DNA of 64,000 nucleotides from a virus, in IMG/VR virus record IMGVR_UViG_3300021406_000010, positions 102,489 through 166,488 of that record, one strand, 5' to 3'. The notes beneath the pieces are model-generated. The model saw nothing but the letters and a program-made list of their open reading frames with translations, had not been told where the DNA came from and made no database searches. This document shows, piece by piece, positions 56,287 to 64,000 of the stretch. Made by a program: the position numbers and the translations under genes. Position 1 is the stretch's first letter; every line of letters begins with the position of its first letter.

Positions 56287-59200
56287 TCACAGGAACAGGT
56301 CGGAGCCGTCCAGGTCGTCGTCGGCGGCGGCCGGGGCGTAGTGGTGCTGCGAGGCTCCCACTGAGGCCAGCGAGGGAGCCTGCCGGGCGGCGGCCCGCTG
56401 CATGGGGCGCTGCGGGCCGCGCTGCATGGCGATGCGGGACAGGGTGCCGATCTCGTGCTCGATGACCGGGCCGCTCAGCGCGGCGTCCCGCTCGATGCGC
56501 TCGGCCACCGCAAGGGGGTCGCCCTGCTCCAGGCCCGCCTGGACCCGCAGCTGCGCCAGCCGGATGGACGCGAAGGTCCGGGCCGCCGCTGACGCCTCGT
56601 CGTGCTGCACGGACCCCTGGCGCTGCTGCGGCTGGGATGGCTGGCCGCCGGGGGCGCCGCCATCGCCGAGCAGCCACGGGAATGCCGTGCCGTTGGTGCC
56701 TGACCCGCCGATGCCGGGGCCGCTGGCCGCCAGCATGTCGGGCCTGACGCGGACGTCGCTCTCAATGCGCCGCTCGCTGATGGGCACCCCGCCGTCCTGG
56801 CTGGGGTTGGTGCCCTGGACGGGGGCGGTCACGTCGGTGAGCATGGTGGCGGGCGGGGTCTGCATCTCCACGCCGGGGGTGATCGCCGTGGTGGTCTGCT
56901 GGGCGGCCACGCCGGAGTTGGCGCCGGGGGTGGAGCCGGGGCGCGACGGGTCGTCCATCGCGGCGGGCTGGAGGGCCTGCTCGGTGGTCTCCGGGGCAGG
57001 CGCCTCCGGCGGGTCGGGGACGGGGCTCGCCGGGTTGAGGATGTCGGCGTGCCGCTGCAGGACGGCCTGCCGGATCCGCGCCATCTGCGGCTCGACCCCG
57101 GCGGCCCGCGACAGCCAGCTGAGCTGCTCGCGCAGGACCTCGTTCTCGGCGACCAGCGCGGCGGTCCGCTGCTGCGCTCCGGTCTTGCGGGCAGGTGGCA
57201 TGTCCTCGTCCTCTTCCTCGTCCCCGGCCTCGTCCTCGGCTTCCTCCTCCGCCTCGGCCTCGGCTTCTGCTCCTTCCGGGGGGCCGCCGGCCGGCTCCAG
57301 GTCGCCCTGGCCGCACGCCGGGCACGGGACGCCCGGCTGTGCGGCGAGGTCAGGCTCGAACTCCTCGCCGCACGCGGGGCACGCCAGCATGCCCTCCAGT
57401 GCCTCCTCGTCCTCTTCCTCCGGGAAGTTCCCCTGGCCGTCGTCCTGCACGGCCGGCACCCCGTCGGGGGCGAGCTGGTCGGGGTGCAGGAGCTGGGCGT
57501 CCGCGTCGTCCCCCGACCCGATCTCCTCCTCGTCCTCTTCTTCCGGCTCGCCTTCCTCTTTCGCTTCTTCCTCCCCTGGCGGCAGTCCCTCCTTGTCCGC
57601 CTGGCCAGGGACGCCCTCCTCGCCAGGCGGGACCTGCTCGCCGTCCGGGCCGAGGTCCACCTCACCCTGCTGGTCCAGCTGCTCGCGCACCTGATGCGCC
57701 TTCGTGAGGTCCGGGTCGCGGAACATCGACGGCGGCACGATGAAGCCGCAGACGGGGCAGCGGTCGCCCGACCACACCTCCCGCTCGCCGCAGACGGGGC
57801 ACTCTTCCATCCGCAGGGTGTCCACCTGGGAAGGGACCCGGGTCTCCCCGTACGCCTCGCGGCGCAGCGAGCTGGCCGACTGGCGCACGGCGTCCCCGCG
57901 ACCCCAGGGCCGGTACCCGCCGCCGCCGCGAACGAGGTCGGGGGCCTCCCACGGCGCCCGGAATCCCGGGAAGCGGTCCGCTACCGGGGCAGCCGCGCAG
58001 TCCGCGCACAAGTGGGGCGCCATCGCGCTGCGCGGCCAGGCGCCAGGGGCCGTCCCGGCGTCCACGTCCTCCACGGGCGCCAGCCGGTTCCCGCAGGCGG
58101 CGCAACTGGGCGCCTCTTCCTGCCAGGAGCCGTGGTAGTGCATGTTGCGCGGCTCGATCGCCTCCGGGTGGTGCAGCCGGTGATGGTGCTCCCACCGTGG
58201 CCTGGCGTTGTCCTGCATCTTCACGCGCCCCTTGCCCTCGCCGCCCTTGGAGGCCGAGTCCTCGGCCTTGTTCCTGCGGACCTGCCGCAGCCAGGTGACG
58301 GCCTGCACCTGGTGGGCCGAGACCTTCTTCCCGGTCGCCCTCGTCAGGATGTGAGCGGCCTCCCGGTAGGCCTGCGCGACGTGCTCGTAGTGGTGCGGCT
58401 TGTCCAGCGGCGCGCCGCTGACCTCCTCCTTGGTCAGCCGGCGGCCGGTGGCGACCGACAGGGCGTGGCGGTCGACCACCACCCGGGAATGGCCGTTCTT
58501 CTCGTCCTCGGCCGTGTCGCCGCCGTGCTCGATGAGGTGCGCGAACGCGGCCGTCTTGGGCGCCCTCAGCACCTGCGAGTGGTGCTCGCCGGCCAGCATC
58601 CGCATCGCGGCCCGCTGCTGCATGCCCATCGCGCCGGTGCCCGGCCCCGGCGGGTCGCCGGTCATGGCGCGGGAGGCGTTGAACAGGTTGACCGGCCAGG
58701 CAGTCTGCGGGGAGTAGGCGGACAGCAGCCCCGCGCCCAGCGCCGCGTCGCCTGACGCGATGGCCTTGGCCACGTGGTGCGCGTCGGAGTACCACCGGCG
58801 GCCGAGGTGCTTCTCCTCGTCCGTGGAGTCGTGCCAGGCGTCCAGCACGTGCGCGGCCGACACCGGGTGCGCCCGGAACCACGGGTGGTCGCCCGGGGCG
58901 GCCCGCTCTTTCCGGGCGGCCCCGGTCGCCCGGATCCGCCCGACCTCGTCATCGGGTATGTCGTCCGGGGACGGGTAGGAGTCCGACCGTTCCCGGCGGG
59001 TGTGCACGAAGTAGCCCCGGTTGTCGCGGTGCAGGCCCACTCCGTCGAACCGGGGGTCGTTCCCGTAGCCCTTCACCGGCTTCCGGTCCTGCCGTGGCTT
59101 CTTCCTCCTGCGGCGGGCGGCGGTGAACGGGTCGGGCGGCATCCGGTCCTCGTCGCCGCGCGGGCGCTGCGGCAGCGGGTGGCCGCTCAGCTGCTCGAAC

Positions 59201-60282
59201 TGCCGGTGCAGGTGCTGGCGCACCTCCTCGCGGGCCTGGTCCAGGCGCGCCCGCTGGCCCGGGATGGCGTCGTGGACGGCCTGCGGGTCGGCCGGGGTGG
59301 CCTCATGATCCGGGCGCCTGTTCCCGTCGGCGTGGTGCCAGCCGCCGTTGACGTCCAGCTTCCGGACGTTGATCCTGACCGGGTCGTCGCAGTGCACGCA
59401 GTGCGTCCCGCCGTAGACGAGCGGCATCGTGACCCGGGACCGGTCATCCGGGTCCGACGGCCGGGCGTCGTGGTCGTAGGCGCTGACCGGGGACAGGTGC
59501 CGCCACCCGCACGGCAGCCGGGTGGTGTAGCGGACCGGCTCCCCGCAGTCCAGGCAGTGGTTGCCCATGTACTCGCGGAAGTCCGGCTCCCGGGCGGCGG
59601 CCTTTTCCAGGCCCCGGGCGTCCGGCTTGTCGAGGATGTACGCGGTCGAGTCGGCGGGGTCCTCGACCAGCAGGGAGTTCTCGAAGAACGACAGCCCGGC
59701 GCAGACCTCGTGGATGAGGCGCTCCTCGAGCTTGCCCGTCGCCGGGTTCCGCTTGCGGATCTTCTTGCCCTTCATCGCGGGCAGGTGCCTGCAGTACTCC
59801 GCCGGGGACGTGGCCTTGTTGCCGCAGGCCGAGCACGTTGACCACTCGACGTCCACGCCCATCGAGGTGCGGTTGACGCGCCCCTCGATGATCGCCCGCG
59901 CCAGCTTCGGGAACCGCACCGCGTCGATCTCGTGCAGGCCCTCCACCCAGGTGTCCGGGGTGCCGTCCGGGTTCACGTCCCGGTGCAGCGCGACCGCGAC
60001 GATGACGCCCCGCGCCCGCCGGTGGTTGGCATTGTGGTGGTTGACGAAGGCCGGCTTGCCGAGGAACGTCTTGTATCCCTTCTCGATCTCCTCGGCGGGG
60101 AACGTGTCGTGGTTGTCGTTGGTGCGGGAGGAGATCATCCGGGCGCGGACGTAGATGTAGCCCTTGCGCGGCTCGTACTCGAAGGCGACCCGGTGGGCGG
60201 CCTTGCGGATGCCGTCCGCGCTGGCCCCGGCGGGAACCCGCCAGGCCTCCAGGACGCTCGCGCTGGCCTGCTTGCGCAGCAA
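56287..60282 (-). CDS. prohead protease/scaffold polyprotein with inserted cargo domains
   Basis: N-terminal ISSRTNDNHDTFP..F.GKP.FVNH...TSMG...CSACG protease-like domain; internal DUF7178-like domain; acidic and scaffold-like C-terminus. Confidence 0.8.
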   Translation of the reverse strand: MLRKQASASVLEAWRVPAGASADGIRKAAHRVAFEYEPRKGYIYVRARMISSRTNDNHDTFPAEEIEKGYKTFLGKPAFVNHHNANHRRARGVIVAVALHRDVNPDGTPDTWVEGLHEIDAVRFPKLARAIIEGRVNRTSMGVDVEWSTCSACGNKATSPAEYCRHLPAMKGKKIRKRNPATGKLEERLIHEVCAGLSFFENSLLVEDPADSTAYILDKPDARGLEKAAAREPDFREYMGNHCLDCGEPVRYTTRLPCGWRHLSPVSAYDHDARPSDPDDRSRVTMPLVYGGTHCVHCDDPVRINVRKLDVNGGWHHADGNRRPDHEATPADPQAVHDAIPGQRARLDQAREEVRQHLHRQFEQLSGHPLPQRPRGDEDRMPPDPFTAARRRRKKPRQDRKPVKGYGNDPRFDGVGLHRDNRGYFVHTRRERSDSYPSPDDIPDDEVGRIRATGAARKERAAPGDHPWFRAHPVSAAHVLDAWHDSTDEEKHLGRRWYSDAHHVAKAIASGDAALGAGLLSAYSPQTAWPVNLFNASRAMTGDPPGPGTGAMGMQQRAAMRMLAGEHHSQVLRAPKTAAFAHLIEHGGDTAEDEKNGHSRVVVDRHALSVATGRRLTKEEVSGAPLDKPHHYEHVAQAYREAAHILTRATGKKVSAHQVQAVTWLRQVRRNKAEDSASKGGEGKGRVKMQDNARPRWEHHHRLHHPEAIEPRNMHYHGSWQEEAPSCAACGNRLAPVEDVDAGTAPGAWPRSAMAPHLCADCAAAPVADRFPGFRAPWEAPDLVRGGGGYRPWGRGDAVRQSASSLRREAYGETRVPSQVDTLRMEECPVCGEREVWSGDRCPVCGFIVPPSMFRDPDLTKAHQVREQLDQQGEVDLGPDGEQVPPGEEGVPGQADKEGLPPGEEEAKEEGEPEEEDEEEIGSGDDADAQLLHPDQLAPDGVPAVQDDGQGNFPEEEDEEALEGMLACPACGEEFEPDLAAQPGVPCPACGQGDLEPAGGPPEGAEAEAEAEEEAEDEAGDEEEDEDMPPARKTGAQQRTAALVAENEVLREQLSWLSRAAGVEPQMARIRQAVLQRHADILNPASPVPDPPEAPAPETTEQALQPAAMDDPSRPGSTPGANSGVAAQQTTTAITPGVEMQTPPATMLTDVTAPVQGTNPSQDGGVPISERRIESDVRVRPDMLAASGPGIGGSGTNGTAFPWLLGDGGAPGGQPSQPQQRQGSVQHDEASAAARTFASIRLAQLRVQAGLEQGDPLAVAERIERDAALSGPVIEHEIGTLSRIAMQRGPQRPMQRAAARQAPSLASVGASQHHYAPAAADDDLDGSDLFL

Positions 60283-60343
60283 AAGGGGCCACCTCCTCCT
60301 CCCCTCTTCCGGGGAGGAGGAGGAGGCCCTCCCGTGGTACCGG

Positions 60344-60679
60344 TCAGTCGCTAATGTAGTCCGGCATGCCGTCGGCGAGCCACTCCTCGACCGCCCGCGC
60401 CCCGGCCATCGGAGGGTCCTCCCCCAGCCACGCCGCGATCATGGGGTGAGACTCGTCAAGGTGCCACAGCATGGCCCTGCCTCGCGGCTTTTCCATCCTG
60501 ACCAGGCCCGCGCGGGCCATCCGGGCCAGGCCGCAGGAGGCAGTCATGGGCGACACCCCCAGCTCCCGGGCGACGGCCCTGCCCGTCGGCGGGCGCAGGC
60601 TTCCCGCGAGCACCTCCAGCATGCTGAGCTCGTTCTTGGTCAGCAGTGCCCGCAGCCCGTCCTTGGCACGCTCGCTCAT
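60344..60679 (-). CDS. winged-HTH protein
   Basis: TGRAVARELGVSPMTAS..L.RM.RAGLV. Confidence 0.75.
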   Translation of the reverse strand: MSERAKDGLRALLTKNELSMLEVLAGSLRPPTGRAVARELGVSPMTASCGLARMARAGLVRMEKPRGRAMLWHLDESHPMIAAWLGEDPPMAGARAVEEWLADGMPDYISD

Positions 60680-61374
60680 AGTTGCTCGTCAGGGTAGGCG
60701 GGCATGCCGCTGAGGTACTCCCCGAGGCTTTCGCCGACGGCCTCGATGACCCGCTGGGCGGCAGTCGGCGGATCCTTCTGGTCCCCTGGCTGCCACGGCA
60801 CAGGAGGGCCAGGAATCACCAGTTCCCCGAGGGGCGGCTGGGATTCCACGGGAGCGAGCCCGGTGACGGTCAGGCCGCCCTGCATCCTGAGGGTGCCGGG
60901 CGGCAGGGACGGGTCGGCCTCTACTCGCAGCGTGCCAGGGGCCGCTGCCCTGGCTAGCACCCCTTCCCAGTCATAGGGCGGGAAGAGCAGGTCAGGGATG
61001 CCGGGCAGCACGGTCGCGGTGCCCTCCAGGGCGCTGGCGCCGCTGAGGGCGGCCTCCCCGTACTCCCTGGCGCGAACCGACATCATGGCCTCTGCCTCTA
61101 GCGGCAGGAGCGGCTCAGGGTCCGGCCGGGGCACCAGCACCGGCCAGGGGGGAGACCCGGCGGTCACGGCCACCGGGACGGTGGCCGTGCTGCTCGGCAG
61201 GTCCATGCGGACAGTGTGCCCGTCGTCGTCCGTGCTCACGGTCAGGGTACCCAGCAGGGACCGCAGGTGCGCCTCGGCGTCCTGGCGTACCGCCTCCTCG
61301 CGCCGGGCCAGGGCGCCGCGCCACGGCATCGCGGCCCAGAGGGCCGCCAGCCGCCTCGCCATCGCCTTCATCAT
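60676..61374 (-). CDS. Pro-rich hypothetical protein
   Basis: ATGA coupling at both ends. Confidence 0.55.
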   Translation of the reverse strand: MMKAMARRLAALWAAMPWRGALARREEAVRQDAEAHLRSLLGTLTVSTDDDGHTVRMDLPSSTATVPVAVTAGSPPWPVLVPRPDPEPLLPLEAEAMMSVRAREYGEAALSGASALEGTATVLPGIPDLLFPPYDWEGVLARAAAPGTLRVEADPSLPPGTLRMQGGLTVTGLAPVESQPPLGELVIPGPPVPWQPGDQKDPPTAAQRVIEAVGESLGEYLSGMPAYPDEQL

Positions 61375-61949
61375 GACTTCGCCCGGCAGTCCGGGCCCAT
61401 GCGGGCGTCGCGGGATGCCTTGTCGGTCAGCAGCGTGCTGCACTTCCTGCACCGGTCGATGCTAGTTGAGAACAGCTCCTGGGACTCAGCCATCCCGTAC
61501 TCATGAATGGCGAGCAGCGCCATCCGCTGCTCGGTGCTGGTCACCTTCTCCGTGCGCATCTTCTTGTCGGTGGGCCCGCCCAGCGCCCGGCGGACGAACG
61601 AGAATCCCTTCCAGTGGCCCTCCTCCTCGACCTTGACCCGCCAGAAATCCAGGTCGTTCATGCCGGTGCGGGACGGGGTGGCGTACCAGCCATCGGGAAC
61701 GCCCCGCAAGGCCCGCAGTCCCGGCAGCGGCGGCTCGGGAGGCGGAGGGGCTTCCCTGGTCACCTCAGCATCCTCGCACCCGCGCAGGTACCGGCGCATT
61801 CTCTCGGCCTGCGGGACGGTCATGACGCCGTCCCGGGCGATCTCCATCATGCGAGGACTTAGCTGGTGCCGTTTGGAGTCCAGCAGGTCCCTGACCTCCT
61901 GGAAAAGTTCTCCGACTGGCCCGGTGCCACTTGCCGCCGCCTGCCTCAT
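61371..61949 (-). CDS. DUF6011-like protein
   Basis: C-terminal CRKCSTLLTD.AS...MGPDC motif; GGAGG RBS. Confidence 0.7.
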   Translation of the reverse strand: MRQAAASGTGPVGELFQEVRDLLDSKRHQLSPRMMEIARDGVMTVPQAERMRRYLRGCEDAEVTREAPPPPEPPLPGLRALRGVPDGWYATPSRTGMNDLDFWRVKVEEEGHWKGFSFVRRALGGPTDKKMRTEKVTSTEQRMALLAIHEYGMAESQELFSTSIDRCRKCSTLLTDKASRDARMGPDCRAKS

Positions 61950-62017
61950 GCTTCCTCCCGGTCGCCTCGCTGGACCCCAGGATAGTAAGAAAGCCTGTAT
62001 TGCGCAACCTAGGAGAG

Positions 62018-62470
62018 TCATCCTCCGGCAGGTGGCTTGAGGGGGCCGCAGTTCCTGGGGGCGTCCACCCTGGCGACGTAGCCCAGGAGCTGGGAGGCTT
62101 CGGGATTCGGCTTGCTCCTGGTGGCCAGCTGCACGAAGAAGCCCCATATCCGCTCGTCGCCGGCCCGGTACTCGTTGCCGGCCAGGCACCCCTGGTAGGC
62201 CTGCCGTGCCTGCGCCTGCGCCTGCCGCGCTAGCACTTGCGCTTGCGCCTGCTGCGCCTGCGCCTGCCGCGCCTGCTGCGCGACCACGGCGCTGGTGCTC
62301 GCCCACAGCAGGCCGAGCGTGATCCCCCCGCCCACGAGCGCGGCGCAGGTGACCCCGAGGACGATGATGAACAGGCGGTAGAGCCTCACCGCCCTGGTCA
62401 GCCTGGTGACCTCCCTGGCCGCCACGGCCGCCAGGCGGTCTTCCTCGGGCATCTCCGGGTGCTCGCTCAT
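62018..62470 (-). CDS. membrane protein
   Basis: One TM helix plus Gln/Ala coiled coil. Confidence 0.65.
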   Translation of the reverse strand: MSEHPEMPEEDRLAAVAAREVTRLTRAVRLYRLFIIVLGVTCAALVGGGITLGLLWASTSAVVAQQARQAQAQQAQAQVLARQAQAQARQAYQGCLAGNEYRAGDERIWGFFVQLATRSKPNPEASQLLGYVARVDAPRNCGPLKPPAGG

Positions 62471-62994
62471 CGCTTCTCCTTCCCCACGTGGTCCACGAGC
62501 GGCAGGAGGATGGCGGCGAGGACCTTGTCCCCGGGATGAACCGGGAAGGCGGCCTCGGCGTCATGGCCCGTCATCTGCCGTAGCGCCTGCTTGAGCTCTG
62601 CCTTCTGGGGTGCCGTGATCCGCTCCTCGTAGAAGGCCTCCAGGAGCGCGTCCACGTGCGCCCTGGCCGGGTCCGGGCTGTGCAGCGCCCTGGCCACCCC
62701 CATGCCCACCTCCCTCCAGAAGACGTCGACCTTTGCCTCCAGCACCGCGATCCGGTCTAGCGTGGCGCCCAGTCCCTTGGTGCCGCGCTCGTCGAGCCGC
62801 GATACCTCCTCCCTGACTTCCCTGATGCGCTCCAGCGGCTGGATCAGCTCCGCGCGGATGACCTCCCGCACCTTCTTGTCCGCTTCCTGGTTGGAGTCCT
62901 TCTTGCGCGAGTAGGTGAAGGCGATGAACGCCAGCACCACTGAGGCTATCGCGGCCAGAAGCGACGCGAGGGCCTCGGCTTCGCCTCCCGTCAC
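62467..62994 (-). CDS. membrane-anchored coiled-coil protein (holin-like)
   Basis: N-terminal TM helix then coiled coil. Confidence 0.6.
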   Translation of the reverse strand: MTGGEAEALASLLAAIASVVLAFIAFTYSRKKDSNQEADKKVREVIRAELIQPLERIREVREEVSRLDERGTKGLGATLDRIAVLEAKVDVFWREVGMGVARALHSPDPARAHVDALLEAFYEERITAPQKAELKQALRQMTGHDAEAAFPVHPGDKVLAAILLPLVDHVGKEKR

Positions 62995-63006
62995 CGCTCG
63001 GCCTTC

Positions 63007-63999
63007 CTAGACGGTGAGCACGTCGTCATCCCAGTCATCCAGGTTGAGTCCCCTGCGCTCAAGTTCTGCCGCCTCATCCTCGTAGTGGGTTCCCTCCAGC
63101 CGCAGCAGGTCCAGGTTCCGGGCGCGGCTCCCGGCCCCCTCGCGGATCAGCTCGTCCGCCTCCGCCTTCGGCAGCGCGTCGGCCGTCTTGGACAGGTACT
63201 GCCGGGCTGCCGCCGCGATGTCGCCCCCTCCCGGCGCGCCGTCGCCGCTGAACTGCCGTGCGGAGGCCGACCGCTGGAACGACGCGATGACGTCGTCGAG
63301 CGATCCCTGCGGCTCGCCCGGCTCCACGGTGACCTCATCAGAGTCGGACCCGCCGCCAGACCACTGCTGCTGGCCGATTGCCTGTATCGACGGGTTGTCC
63401 GGCGACAGCGCCTCGTCCTGCGCCCCCGTCCCGGGCTCCTGGCCGACCGGAGAGGGGGGCCTGGCCTGCGGGGACTCCTCGCGGCCGAGGTCGCCCATCG
63501 AGGTGCCCGTGCGGGTTGCCCGGAAGAAGTCCCGGACTTTCCCGTACTGATCCGGAGCCGTCCGGACTGATCCGGCCGGACAACCGGACAACGCTCCTGG
63601 GTGCTCCTGCACGATCCAGGACGATCCTGAACGGTAAAGGACGGCCCCGAACTCGCCGAGGCCCGCGATCGCGGCGGGCGACTGGTTGTCCCGGCCGTCC
63701 CCGGCATTCTCCTCGCCGATAGTGCCGTCAGCGGCGGCCTGTGCCCGGACACCGCAGTGCGGGCACCCTGCACCATGCACGGCGGGGTCGCGGAATGCCG
63801 GGTCGCACGGCGGCTCCCCGCGCTCAGCCCCCTCCGCCCTGCCGCTCGCGTCACACCGGTAGCACTCGTGTCCTGTAGGGTGCTCGCCGGTCCCGCCACA
63901 GCAGCTGCACCCGCCGCAGTGCGCGTCGGCTGAGCCATCCAGGCCGCAGGCCAGGCATGACCCGTCCGTGGCTTCAGCGAAATCATGGGGGGCGTCCTG
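63007..63999 (-). CDS. C-terminal part of large head-associated protein (runs off window)
   Basis: Frame open to window edge; CxxC clusters; C-terminal ELIREG.G.RARNLDLL.LEGTHY motif. Confidence 0.7.
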   Translation of the reverse strand, partial: QDAPHDFAEATDGSCLACGLDGSADAHCGGCSCCGGTGEHPTGHECYRCDASGRAEGAERGEPPCDPAFRDPAVHGAGCPHCGVRAQAAADGTIGEENAGDGRDNQSPAAIAGLGEFGAVLYRSGSSWIVQEHPGALSGCPAGSVRTAPDQYGKVRDFFRATRTGTSMGDLGREESPQARPPSPVGQEPGTGAQDEALSPDNPSIQAIGQQQWSGGGSDSDEVTVEPGEPQGSLDDVIASFQRSASARQFSGDGAPGGGDIAAAARQYLSKTADALPKAEADELIREGAGSRARNLDLLRLEGTHYEDEAAELERRGLNLDDWDDDVLTV

Positions 64000-64000
64000 G

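Noticed and set aside
142-59841. Many long + strand or off-frame ORFs (e.g. 142..2712, 6547..8307, 11013..12707, 16846..18831, 34782..37397, 57049..58755)
   Set aside because: Shadow ORFs of high-GC genes: Arg/Gly/Pro-rich, no motifs, fully overlapping well-supported minus-strand genes.

Overview
This is a 64-kb segment of a large, very GC-rich (roughly 70+%) myovirus of actinomycetes. Gene order and sequence motifs resemble the Bxz1/Myrna/E3-type large actinophages (my recognition, not a database search). The virion genes lie on the minus strand, read right to left: a Cys-rich head-associated protein (partial), a 1331-aa prohead protease/scaffold polyprotein, a decoration protein, the major capsid protein, neck and head-completion proteins, tail sheath, tail tube, a frameshifting tail chaperone, tape measure, a hub with PG hydrolase domains, a tail fibre, and baseplate genes. 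Two accessory blocks (about 29-33 kb and 39-53.9 kb) carry many small ORFs, including several HNH/LAGLIDADG-like nucleases, BldC-like, PadR, DUF397, a flavohemoglobin and a DivIVA-like gene. The main unexplained signals are: (1) two homologous, inverted 0.6-0.7 kb origin-like elements with mirror-image AGTGCA iteron arms, an AT-rich TAG-repeat tract and one DnaA-box pair; (2) an antisense array of three promoter-hairpin-terminator small-RNA units at 24.75-25.05 kb, plus a fourth unit at 26.9 kb; (3) a recurrent bidirectional, often leaderless promoter motif; (4) cargo domains inside the protease polyprotein; (5) apparent ATC start codons; and (6) low-GC recoded patches in structural genes, some with small frameshifting insertions. 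Several single-base frameshifts look like sequencing errors. Family assignments come from motif recognition only.
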